From: Minutocellus sp. GHC0000111
Lineage: Eukaryota
Assembly (NCBI GenBank): GCA_977018835.1
Contig: OZ361259.1
Coordinates: forward strand, 4,030,001-4,094,000
Length of the DNA: 64,000 nucleotides
Direction: 5' to 3'
Shown one piece after another: positions 1 through 10,453 of the stretch. The notes below the pieces were generated by a model. That model was not told the origin of the DNA and did no database searches. It worked only from the letters and a program-made list of their open reading frames with translations. The first letter of the stretch is position 1. Each line of letters starts with the position of its first letter. The translations under genes were made by a program, and so were the position numbers.

Positions 1-98
1 ATTTGACCGTTGGTCTTTGTAGCAACGATCACCTAACTCGCCTACTAGTGACATTCATTGCTGATTTATAGAATAATGTATATTGTTTGAGCAGCTCT

Positions 99-1274
99 CT
101 ACGCCAACTGACCCGAGGAACGCTGCAATTTCGGGTCTTTCTTGAACAATCGCTGATGGGGCTTCGGAAATTTGCTCCGCAATTCTTCCATAAGAACATT
201 CTGCCTTCGAAATTTAGCCTCCAAATACTCCTGGCACGATGTTTCCTCCAATGAGCGAAATTCCGTCATGGCTCTTCGTACATCCCCCTTCTGATATTGC
301 GTTGTATTGCCATAGCCCGTATCGAACGACTGCTGGGCCTGGGCCTTCTTCTTTCGTCCATTGAGCAATTCAGGACTCGGGGGACACTCGGAAAAGGGTT
401 GAGGATTATGGGAGTCTCGATATCGAGCATGAAGGACTCGATCTCCACACAGCAAAGTATTTTCGTCGAAGACGCTTTCCTCAATCAAAGTAGGCATGGA
501 CATGGAACGTATGTGCGACAATGATTGGCTACGTGGGTGCCTTTGGCTTGGAATCGCAACGCCAGATAAGCTATTGCCGCTGTTATACTGCTGCAACGAC
601 TGGCTACGGACGTGCATATTCATATGCTGCATCGAATTACTTCTTGGATATCTTTGTCCTTCTGGCAACACAACGTATCGTTCGCCATTTTCCTTTTCTT
701 CATCGTTTTGACAATCCTCAATAATTTCCTTTACATCCAGTGATTCATCCATATCCATAACATCTAGTATTGGCGCTTCGTCACAAGGAAATGGCGCTGC
801 CGCCGCTGCTGCCTGCGGTGGAACCCTCGTATCGGCATGCTGCTCAAACTCATCCTCAAGTTGTCTTCTTGCTTCCTCCTCCTTGGACGCCCCCTCCTCT
901 TCCTCCACGTCTGGCTCTGAACCACCACGACGAAAAACAAAAGAGCGAGACAAAGCAAAGAGGTTAGGGATGCAGCCAATAAGGCGTCCAAAGAAGTGAA
1001 TTGTTGAGTTGAGCGCCAAGGCGAGGCGACGACGAGCCGCCTCCACATGAAAGTGGCGCTGTTGTTCTAACCTTTTCCGCTTGCGATCTGGAGTCAGATA
1101 GACTACCGAGTCAGTAAACGAGCGATCGCGAGCGGAGCAGGTATTGGCGGCAGTAGCAGTATTGACTACGCCTGTATTGTCTGTAAGGCACGTATCGAAA
1201 CTTGCGTCCAGCATCAAGATGTCTGTATCGTCCGCCATGGGATCGACTTCACGATGTAGAAGTGGATCAAACAT
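99..1274 (-). CDS. Hypothetical protein, largely disordered
   Basis: 391-aa ATG ORF with acidic tracts and repeated RSxS motifs; no family recognised. Confidence 0.6.
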   Translation of the reverse strand: MFDPLLHREVDPMADDTDILMLDASFDTCLTDNTGVVNTATAANTCSARDRSFTDSVVYLTPDRKRKRLEQQRHFHVEAARRRLALALNSTIHFFGRLIGCIPNLFALSRSFVFRRGGSEPDVEEEEGASKEEEARRQLEDEFEQHADTRVPPQAAAAAAPFPCDEAPILDVMDMDESLDVKEIIEDCQNDEEKENGERYVVLPEGQRYPRSNSMQHMNMHVRSQSLQQYNSGNSLSGVAIPSQRHPRSQSLSHIRSMSMPTLIEESVFDENTLLCGDRVLHARYRDSHNPQPFSECPPSPELLNGRKKKAQAQQSFDTGYGNTTQYQKGDVRRAMTEFRSLEETSCQEYLEAKFRRQNVLMEELRSKFPKPHQRLFKKDPKLQRSSGQLA

Positions 1275-1672
1275 TGGGGCTACTTTACCGGCTAGCTAGA
1301 GCTACTGCTTTTGGGATAGGCTGATGCGGCCAAGCGCATTATGGTCTTGTCTTCAGATGCGGCCGCTGGCATGGTCACGCGTGTGGTGATGGTGGTGAGC
1401 CGAGTTGGGTTCGTTGACACCTCGCGGTCTTCGCATCCAGCCGCGGCCCCGCGCTTACTAGCTAGGCCTAGTACGCTTCGGCGCTTTGCGATTGCGCGGT
1501 TGATGTTGCCATCATCATTACGTCATCGAAACTCTCTTCCGCACCGTCAAAATAAAATAATACCGGTAAATGAAGTCAAGCAAGCGCAGAAGCTAAAAAG
1601 CTACCGCATATGGAGACGCCCGTACAGGCATGATTATGAAGGTCTAAGTTACCGCTAAGCTCCAAGAGGCTC

Positions 1673-3154
1673 CTATTCAGATTCATCCTCTTCTATCCTG
1701 TTCTCATTTGCCTCTCCATTTCCTTCCCTTCCCTCCTCTTCCCCCTCCTCATCAGCGTCGTCATCTTCATCGTCATTGTTGTTGCCGCCGTCACCGCTGT
1801 TCACTGTAAAATTCCGAGGAGCATTGCACAAAGGAAAGATCTGCTGGCTCTCGGAATGCAGCATGTCCAAGAAACATCGTTTGCCCTGCAACCACTGTTC
1901 CACCTCGTCAAAGTTGGATATGCTCAGCCGCAAATCTTCGCTCGTGACCTTGGCCGTCTTGACGTGGCTGGACCAATCAAACGACGACAACGGCCAACCC
2001 GAGTAGGCACCCAAAGCATCAAACGTCTTGACCAAGTCCTGCTGCATGGCCTCATACGACAATATCTGCACCGGAGCACCGATGGTCATGGCCGTCTCGA
2101 TCAAATCCCACGCCTGTAAGAACGACGCCTCGTCCGTTCCGTTCCATATCCGCGCCGGCCCCATGACCACGGTGCTGTTCATGATGCATCCCGGGTCGTC
2201 CTTCATCTCGGGCTTGTAGCTGCTGCCCTTCCGACATCGCTTGGGGAGGGCATGAACGAGCGACTTGCGTTCCAACCCCAGCAACCGCTTGATGACGTTG
2301 GTCCTTACGAACACCACGATCGATGCACCGGTATCCCTCACAAGCTGGGGCCAGTCCACCCCCTCGGCATGCTTGGTGGGGCTGATGCTGAATCCGCAGT
2401 ACCCACCCTCGCTCCGGCACTTCTTCCCGCCCGTCAAGAAGTTGCGCATCCGCTGTGTGGCCTTGTCGGGACCGTGGAAGGGGGCAAAGACCGAATGATG
2501 AGCTTCGTGACGAAAGTCGACGTCGGGATGGTTGCCCAGCAACGTGTCGAACCACGTGCTGCCACTGCCGCCGCGTTTGAATACAATGATGCCCCGTCCC
2601 AGGCCCTTCTTGCCCTTCCATCCCTGATTGGCCTGGTGGACGGCCGTCCGATAGTCCTCCCATTCCCTTGGCGTCGCGGAGGCAATTTGTCCGTTGCGCA
2701 ATGCATCGACCGATTGACCTGGACATAATACCCGGTTCTCACGAAACAATTCCAACGTGTTGGTCACGTGCTGATAATACTCTGGTGTGTGTGATTGGAC
2801 GCTATTTCGCAGGGACGATGCCCGCCGGCAGGGCTCGGGCAACGGAACGCGCGTCATTGCCGCGTGCAACTTGACGCCGAGGAACACGGCGGCCGACCCA
2901 GCCGCGGCCATCTTGGCGACGGACCAGCCGCTGGATGACCGCCGGCGCTTCTTGGACAGCCGGTCCAGTGCCCGAAACGGTGATGCGGAGGCGGATGCAA
3001 CGGCAGAGGTACCGGTGAGGGGTTTGGACAGGTCGGCCTCAAAGTCGTTTTTGTCGAGCATCCCGTTACCAGCAGGGCTGCTGCTGGCGCCGGTATCGAG
3101 GGAGGACGGGGAGCCCAAGCTCCCGGCGTCGCAGCGCCGTCGGAATTCCTTCAT
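1673..3154 (-). CDS. Type II membrane sulfotransferase-like protein (Stf0/P-loop sulfotransferase fold)
   Basis: 5'-PSB-like KRGGSGSTWFDTLLGNHP, 3'-PB-like VFVRTNVIKRLL, and LSYEAM motif; short N-terminal hydrophobic anchor and acidic tail. Start codon uncertain. Confidence 0.65.
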   Translation of the reverse strand: MKEFRRRCDAGSLGSPSSLDTGASSSPAGNGMLDKNDFEADLSKPLTGTSAVASASASPFRALDRLSKKRRRSSSGWSVAKMAAAGSAAVFLGVKLHAAMTRVPLPEPCRRASSLRNSVQSHTPEYYQHVTNTLELFRENRVLCPGQSVDALRNGQIASATPREWEDYRTAVHQANQGWKGKKGLGRGIIVFKRGGSGSTWFDTLLGNHPDVDFRHEAHHSVFAPFHGPDKATQRMRNFLTGGKKCRSEGGYCGFSISPTKHAEGVDWPQLVRDTGASIVVFVRTNVIKRLLGLERKSLVHALPKRCRKGSSYKPEMKDDPGCIMNSTVVMGPARIWNGTDEASFLQAWDLIETAMTIGAPVQILSYEAMQQDLVKTFDALGAYSGWPLSSFDWSSHVKTAKVTSEDLRLSISNFDEVEQWLQGKRCFLDMLHSESQQIFPLCNAPRNFTVNSGDGGNNNDDEDDDADEEGEEEGREGNGEANENRIEEDESE

Positions 3155-3400
3155 CGCATACACGTATATACAATGGTAGAGGGTCTCTGTTTGTGTTTGG
3201 CTACCGCCAGTAGCTGGCAAGGCACCAAGTAAGTTCTCAAGGATACGAAGGTTGTGCGCAAGAGGATGCGATGATGTGTGCCGTTTACTTTGTCGAGTCG
3301 AGTCGAATGAGTCATGACAAGATCCGCCTGCGAGAAAGCAAAGTCAAAATTGCAAAATGAGCAAAGTAGGCATCGACTTTGCAGAAGACCCTCGTTGAAG

Positions 3401-4739
3401 ATGAAGAGACCCCTCAGCCCCAGCGTTCTCACGGCGGCGAAAGGTGCCCTCACCGTCGGCAGCGCTAGCAACGGCACCACGTCGGCGACATCACCCGCTG
3501 CTGCCTCTCGATCGGCTCAAGTTTCGACCGGCAGCGCAAAGGCAACCAACGAGAATGATAGTCTCGACGATCCCACCTCGACCAAGCTGCACGCCAAACT
3601 GCGCCATCGGACCAGGTCCGTCATAGCCATGCTCCTCTGCGTCGTCTGCATCACCGTGCCGTTTATTGCTTGGCAGCTGACCATCGGCCAAGGTCCGCCA
3701 CAGCCAACGTTTCGATTCCATCAGTGCAACGGCACCGAAGTTAGCAATGACGCCGCCGTCATCTGCTGCAACGGCTTGTCCGAAATCTGCGACCTACCAG
3801 TCAACGAAGTGCTGTTCGCCACGGCCCACAACGCCCACTCCAGCCGAGAAGACTTCTTCCTACGGCCCAACCATCGGTACGGCATCGATCACGCCATGGA
3901 ATACGGCTACCGTGCCTTCCTGCTGGATGTTTGCTCCTGTCCCCCCATCGGTTTGGTATTTTGCCACGGCGCCTGCGCCGTTGGGACGGTATCGACCGAC
4001 AAGGTCCTGGGGAGCATCCGTCGATTCCTCCTCGACAACCCCAACGAGGTCATTCTGTTGGAATTTCAGATGCACAGTGCCGACGTGGACTGGCTGTTTG
4101 CTCTGCAGGACATCATTGTTGAGGAGAGGTTGGGAGATATGGTCCACGTCCACCGGGGTAGCTTCGTTGATGATTGGGCGACCATGCGAGAGCTGATCGA
4201 GACCAACGAGAGATTGATTCTGTTTCAGCACAATGGTGAGGTGATTTCTCATTACTTTTATTCCATACCGCATAGCTCGTTCGTTTCATATCTCATATCA
4301 TCTCGTTCTATACATTGCTACAGGCCCATACTGCTGGCCTCCGCCAGTGTGCCCTGAGATGCTTCATACCTTCCATTGGTACGCAGTCGAGACCTCATAT
4401 TCTGTGAAGGGCACGAACACTCTATTGAACCACAACCAATCTTGTGAGATCGTTGCCGGATGGAACGAAACCAAAAAAATCCTCCTCGTGAACCACTTTG
4501 CTGGCTCTGCCCTTGGTCTTCCAAAGTTGCAGAATGCCAAACGCCTGAACCATCGGGATGTCTTGGAAGAACGAATTGCAACCTGCACGGAATACCTCGG
4601 CATGAAGCCAAATCTCGTCGCGATAGACTTTTGGTCAATCGGCGACCTTCCTGCTGTCGTTCAAGAGCAGAATCGTATGAGGGCGTTGGAAAAATTATCC
4701 CAGGGAAATGGTGATGACGATCGATACACGGATGTGTGA
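3401..4739 (+). CDS. PI-PLC X-domain-like phosphodiesterase, membrane anchored (2 exons: 3401-4235, 4324-4739)
   Basis: Motifs FATAHNAHS, GYRAFLLDV, FCHG, FLLDNPNEVILL, LLVNHF and PNLVAIDFWSIGD. GT..AG intron 4236-4323 joins the two ORFs in frame. Confidence 0.8.
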
Positions 4740-4879
4740 TAATGTCAATGCTCTTTGGGGATAGGGCCAGCTGGAGTCACTTGTGATGGAGTTCTATTCG
4801 GGATAGATCAGATGAGATGTAACAAAAGCGATTATTCACCTCCGCACTTCTAGTTGCCTGTCTATATGTATGGCACAAG

Positions 4880-6489
4880 CTAGCTTGGCCTCCCGATGTG
4901 GCCATTCAAGACGTTCCCCGATACTATCTTTTCGTTTTGACTGCTTTCGACACGAGATGCCAGATGCTTGCCATACCCTTGTCGAATCAGCATTGGTCGT
5001 ATCAATCGTATGAGCCGCGTTGTGTTGACAACAATGCTGTAGTTATCCCTGTAGAGCCCATCGTCGTTTCCACCATCCGGCATCAGGTCAGAAGGCGATT
5101 TTATCTGGTAGTACAGCTTTGTTAGATGGGGGAACGTAGACCAAAATACCGCCTCCATGCTGCAACTTTCGCCTGGACTGTTGCATTCAAATAGTCCTGA
5201 GTCATTTTCATTGGCCAGATAATCCATCAATACCAGTGCACCTCCTTCAGGCAGAAAAGGGCCATTCATACTGACACCACCCGCTGGAGTAATGAGTATA
5301 GAAGTTCTTCCCAGCAATTCTAGCTGCTCCTCCCAGTTCTTCATTTTGTGCCATTCCTGCACATGTAATTCTACACAAGGCAGCAACTTTCTGAGGTCCT
5401 CTAACACTCTGTCGACGTTGGCAATTGCTCGATGTAATTGACCCTTCTTGGACCATACGCTGTGGCTCTTCTTGGTTATTACAATAATTGGTTTCTCCGG
5501 AAGTTTTGGTTGCACACCCTTTGCAACCAGTATCCGATTCCGAAATTCTTGATACAATCGTTCATGCCCCCACATATGCGCCTTATAACTGGCGACGAAA
5601 GCCCTCGTTATCTTCGCAGGTAAAACGTTTTCCACAATGGTGGGACGCGAAGCAAGTCGACCGAAAGTGGGTGATAGTTCGTGATGATATCTCGTCCAAA
5701 ATCATTCCAAATTGTAATAAAGTTGGAATACTCGTCCATCGAAGAGCCATGAGGCAAAATTATCGTCACTTCGGATGGGTCACTGCCCTTGCCGAAACGC
5801 TCGAGATTGCTATATATTGAAAACAGCACCTCCCATAGGTCATGCCCGATGTTATACACTTTATTGTTTGGCTTGTGGATGACAAAAGTGGCATTGAGTA
5901 TGAGCGCATCTTGAGGAATTGGAGCCCGGCTGAGGTGAGGGCTCACCTGGCTCGACACTTCCTTACTGTGCTCAATCATCTTAATGAATTGTGGAGGGAA
6001 GGCATCAACATGGCCCATTTTCGATTCAAACAATTTGGGAAGTGCGACTTCCTCTGGCTCGTGAAATACCCAATTGTTCTGTTGTGAGTTGTAGCAAACA
6101 TTCTGAAAGAGGCAATTTCGCACTGTCGAACCTTCTTGCAGATGGTTAATATCTCCGATACACTCCATCGAGCTGAAACGAGTATTTGAATGACTGGCCA
6201 GATGCCCCTGCAGAATTGGAGGCGGGAGGTTGACTCTTGTTTCAAGTGCATCACTGAGGTCGTACTTTATTGGATTTTCTATGAGGTCCGAGCCACGAAA
6301 GGTGAAAGCGGCAGATTTGCTTTTTGACTGATTTGTAGCAACCAATGAAGGTAGAGCATGGCGTAGCGCCTTCAAGCTGTCGCCAGAAGTAGGCCCGAAG
6401 AAAAGCAAAAAGTCAGAGAATTGAGTGCTGATGACGCCAATTATTATTCCCACCGCTAATGCCAGGAACTGACCAGCCTTTGTGCCCAT
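4880..6489 (-). CDS. Glycosyltransferase family 61-like protein, frameshifted near 5620
   Basis: N-terminal TM anchor; RNCLFQNVCY, NIGHDLWE, RAIANVD, EQLELLGRTSILITPAGGVSM. Split over two overlapping frames with no obvious intron. Confidence 0.65.
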
Positions 6490-6860
6490 GGTGCCCCACA
6501 AAGGCGGCGTAAGGAAATAGCCGGCCGCGAACAGATTGCGCGCCCACCAAGCAAGGGATGGTCAGTCCCAAGGGATGGCGAAAGCAAGGATGGTCAGTCC
6601 ACTTGCGCCCGCGGGGCTTAAATCTTCACGATACGTACATTTCGTTAGTACCGTGTTAGTACCGTAGGTGCAGAAAGCTCCTCTCACCAAAAGCGACGTG
6701 TACCACGATCGGACTGTGCGTCAGTGCATCGCATGAAGGAAAAGCTGATCCAAAGTCAAGAAGGCGTTCGTGCATGCATTGCGAGGCAGCGGTGCCTGAT
6801 TTGATTCACTCGAGATAACTCACTCATTGCTCGGACATCTCAACTCACTCGCTGTAAAAC

Positions 6861-8162
6861 ATGCCTGGAGCATTTCTCGGCCCATCGGTCGTCGGTGATA
6901 ACAGGGTTACACCCGAGATTCGTTTCACCCTCCCCTCGTCATTGCCAGATGTTGCTTTGCCAAGATTCGTCAGCAATGTGTACATCAAATCGTTGGGAGG
7001 GCGCACAATAGGACTGTTCCTCCCTCGGGTGGAGTTTTGGAATCACATTACGCAAGCTCTGCTTTTGACCATGGCGTTCGGGGTCATTCTTTCCTTCATT
7101 GTATTCCACCACGTGATAAAGAATCGACGAACCAAACCCAGCACATCTCGAGCCGTTGGATGTGTCACATTTTTGGCAAACATCCTCTTCCCTTACGCAG
7201 TCGTCGCCGTGTTGGATGTACGAAATCTGGTCGTCAAGTTCACCCTCTGTGCCAGCCCGGCATTGTTCATGTTCCGCACGAGCGAAGCAATCTTTGGCTT
7301 CTCTCCTCTGGGAGTGGAAAGATCGCTCTTCTCGTACATTTGCCACTACGCCGTGCCATTCGAATTGGAGTTGAACCCAAAGACGGGGAGGCCATTGGAA
7401 ACCACACGGGAGGAGATGTCGACCAACCTTTCGCTGCTTATTGGAAGCTTTACGAGGGTATGCATATTGATGGCATTGTTCTCTCCCAGTGATTTCGAGC
7501 CGTTGGAGGGCAGACCAGGCGAGATGGAGGGCGACGAAGGAAAGATATCGCCGATGCAGTATCTCAGGTTGGGACACCTGGGAAATTGTTTCTTGGCGGC
7601 GTATATGTTCCAGCTTCTCCTGGGGTTGTTCGGGTTTGCAATGTCGGCGATGGTACAATTCGGATTTGGCCTCAAGACGAATGTTTCCATGCGCAACCCA
7701 ATGCTGGAAGCTACGTCCCCAAGTGATTTCTGGGGTAAGCGTTGGAATACACTGGTCCATGGGGTTTTGAAACGAGGCGTGTATAAGCCCGTTCGAAGGC
7801 ATAGCTCTGCCTCAATGGCATCGTTAGCTGCATTCGTGGCGTCGGCATTGTTTCACGAGTGGATTGTAAGTGTAATGGCATTCAGGAGGGAATGTCCCAG
7901 TGACGAGCCGGATTGTTATCAACCTGAGCTTGGATCCAATGCCGCCTTCTTTTTGTGGAATGCTGGTATCATTGCAGTGGAAAATCTATTGAGGCGCAAT
8001 GTATTGGTGGAAAAGGTTGGAAGCATGATGCCTCGGATTGGCGTTACAATCATTATAATTATGACGAGCCTTCCGCTGGCCCATCTCTTCGCAGATCCAT
8101 ACATACGAGCGGGCTTCTTTTCGCATTACAAGCAGGGATTTCCGCTGATTGCATTCGTTTGA
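6861..8162 (+). CDS. MBOAT family (wax synthase-like) membrane-bound O-acyltransferase
   Basis: NPMLEATSPSDFWGKRWN and AFVASALFHE (catalytic His) motifs; multiple TM segments. Confidence 0.85.
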   Translation: MPGAFLGPSVVGDNRVTPEIRFTLPSSLPDVALPRFVSNVYIKSLGGRTIGLFLPRVEFWNHITQALLLTMAFGVILSFIVFHHVIKNRRTKPSTSRAVGCVTFLANILFPYAVVAVLDVRNLVVKFTLCASPALFMFRTSEAIFGFSPLGVERSLFSYICHYAVPFELELNPKTGRPLETTREEMSTNLSLLIGSFTRVCILMALFSPSDFEPLEGRPGEMEGDEGKISPMQYLRLGHLGNCFLAAYMFQLLLGLFGFAMSAMVQFGFGLKTNVSMRNPMLEATSPSDFWGKRWNTLVHGVLKRGVYKPVRRHSSASMASLAAFVASALFHEWIVSVMAFRRECPSDEPDCYQPELGSNAAFFLWNAGIIAVENLLRRNVLVEKVGSMMPRIGVTIIIIMTSLPLAHLFADPYIRAGFFSHYKQGFPLIAFV

Positions 8163-8467
8163 GCTGCTTTGTTGAAGTGGAGATGCTACCAGAACTAAAT
8201 AACAATTTTGTAGGGAGGGACTTTTACATTGGAATATTTACTCGCATCTTTCCTGTTGTACGGTAGAAGGTCGCAAACTCACTTCAGGCATGGACCGGCG
8301 CGCGCGCAGAGCAGCAGCTGCTGCGGAGCGGCGAGAGGCGAGGCGAGGCGAGAATGAAGTAACCCGGATTTCCTACCACAGAAGCTCTATGCGCCACAGA
8401 AAAAAGGCGCCAACACACAATCCTCCCACCTGGCTCTCCAACCGAGAGCTTTTCACCATCCGCAATA

Positions 8468-9370
8468 ATGATTGATTTCTCGTGCCTGCTGACCACGGTC
8501 CTCTTCTGGACGTCCAATCTGCTTTACATGCTGGTCAAGTCTTCTCATCGTTCAACTAGACATTCGTTCAACTACTCGACTTGGAAGGAGCTAGATCCCG
8601 AAGACATACAACAAGAGTGGCAGAGACGCGGAGAGGAACGTGGGATTACCAGCACGGCCCGCCTCCTCGGTGCCCTGGCCTGGTTCTCTCTACTGATCCC
8701 CATCCTCAATGTTGTGTGGATCTTGTCCGTCGGTGGGAAGCGACGAGTCGGTCTCCACGTATTGATTTCTGCTTTTGCTATTGGCGGCTCCATCTCGGAG
8801 CTTCTCGCCAGGCTCATGATGGTTGGTGTCGAGAACATAGGAGTTTGGCTATCCAGGGATTGGAACCTTGATAATTGGGCCAACGAGGGCGATGGGCTTG
8901 GCTGGCGCACGCTGGAGGTCTCTTATATGCTATCAAGAGGAGTTGTCCTCTGGGTAGACGCGTTTGAATGGCTTGCCTTGGCGGGTATTTATATTCTCAT
9001 CTTTGTAAGCCTTCGAGCCGACAGGGACAGCAGCAGCACAACATTCAGCATGAAATGGGCGTATCTTGGTTTGATCCTTGGAGGACTTTCGATTGTCGCA
9101 TTTCTTGCTGACACTCTACGGTTCTTGTCGTGGCGCTTAATGTCGACTATTGAAATGTTTGTGGCGGTTCTCAATACCATGATACTTTTCCCCGTTTGGC
9201 TACTTTGGCTTGGACGGATGCTGCCGAGGCTGCGAACAAAATATGAGGAAGATTCGAATAGCACAGAGCGGGAGGCCCTGACCGTCGGGTCGGGTAATGA
9301 TAAGCCCAATGCGGACGAATCTTTTGTGATTGAAGACGATCCCGAGAGCGATAATGGAATCATTACCTGA
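8468..9370 (+). CDS. Hypothetical multi-pass membrane protein
   Basis: 300-aa ATG ORF with about 6 hydrophobic segments and an acidic C-terminal tail. Confidence 0.7.
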   Translation: MIDFSCLLTTVLFWTSNLLYMLVKSSHRSTRHSFNYSTWKELDPEDIQQEWQRRGEERGITSTARLLGALAWFSLLIPILNVVWILSVGGKRRVGLHVLISAFAIGGSISELLARLMMVGVENIGVWLSRDWNLDNWANEGDGLGWRTLEVSYMLSRGVVLWVDAFEWLALAGIYILIFVSLRADRDSSSTTFSMKWAYLGLILGGLSIVAFLADTLRFLSWRLMSTIEMFVAVLNTMILFPVWLLWLGRMLPRLRTKYEEDSNSTEREALTVGSGNDKPNADESFVIEDDPESDNGIIT

Positions 9371-9555
9371 TTTGATTTCCCTTGCAACTTGCATTATTAG
9401 AAATTCCTCATTCGGGAAAATGGCACATGCATGGATACGTAATTCATAAGTAGATCTAGGAAGAGCATATCTCCTTTTATTTTATAATTGTAAATGAACG
9501 AAGAGGACCGGACAAAAACGACACCTGAAGCGCCTTAGGCATGTATCTTACAACC

Positions 9556-10248
9556 CTATGATGATCGTTCGATCAAGGCAACCCCAACCTCTTCGTCAGC
9601 CTCATTTTCGGGCGCTTGTTCACTTTGCAGTTCCACAGATATGTCACCTTTGGGAGGCCACCGACCGTCTTGAATCAGCGAAGACAGCATGGTATTCGAC
9701 CCGGTGGCGGTAACAACAGCAATGCACGAACCCTGATTCACGTGGCTTCCATAAAATATTTGCGTAGGAGTTGCCGTTTCATCCTTGCGAATCTTCGACG
9801 TTCGGGGCTTGGCTTCGCCGGTGATATCCTTGCAATCAACCACCAACTCAATGGCACTCCCCGAGGGACTCGCCTCGCCATCAATGTCCACTGGGTCCAG
9901 CCCCAGACTCAGCACGGTACAATCGGCAGGGACCACATCTACATCCTCCAACCGAACGATGTCGCCACGCACGAGCGAGGGTGCATCGTAGCGTACCCAC
10001 CGACCATTTCTCAACACCTCGGCATCCTCAGGCTCAATTTGCTTGAATAACTTCATGGAGGGGATGTGCTTGATGCATGGCAGTAGGATGCACGCCCAGG
10101 TTGGGCAGTTGATTGGTTTCTTGACCATGTTGAGCCCACCATGTCGGACGTCTCTTCGGCGCTCCGTTGCCTCGGCAGGCGTCAAGCCCTTCGCATAGTT
10201 GGCACCATACGAAGCCAGGGCTTCTTTCTGTACCTTTGACAGTGGCAT
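9556..10248 (-). CDS. Stand-alone P-type ATPase N-terminal/actuator domain protein
   Basis: GLTPAEATERR..GLN (Cation_ATPase_N-like), LVRGDIVRL..DVVPADC, DITGEAKP, GSHVNQG..AVVTATG. No DKTGT phosphorylation motif and no TM bundle. Confidence 0.75.
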   Translation of the reverse strand: MPLSKVQKEALASYGANYAKGLTPAEATERRRDVRHGGLNMVKKPINCPTWACILLPCIKHIPSMKLFKQIEPEDAEVLRNGRWVRYDAPSLVRGDIVRLEDVDVVPADCTVLSLGLDPVDIDGEASPSGSAIELVVDCKDITGEAKPRTSKIRKDETATPTQIFYGSHVNQGSCIAVVTATGSNTMLSSLIQDGRWPPKGDISVELQSEQAPENEADEEVGVALIERSS

Positions 10249-10453
10249 GCTGATTATTGCTTTGCTGTGACTGCGCAAGCAAAGATGCCAAACTACTACT
10301 ACGTAACACCCAACGGCACCAAGTCTGAGCGCCCCAGGGTCCCTTCTGGTTGGACTTCTGATGGGAGTACGCGAGCTTCCGGTGCCGGCGGCAAGCGAGG
10401 TGGGCGGTGCTTCGTTGGTGCCTTCTTCGTTGGTGCCGTCGTGCCCGTAGGTG

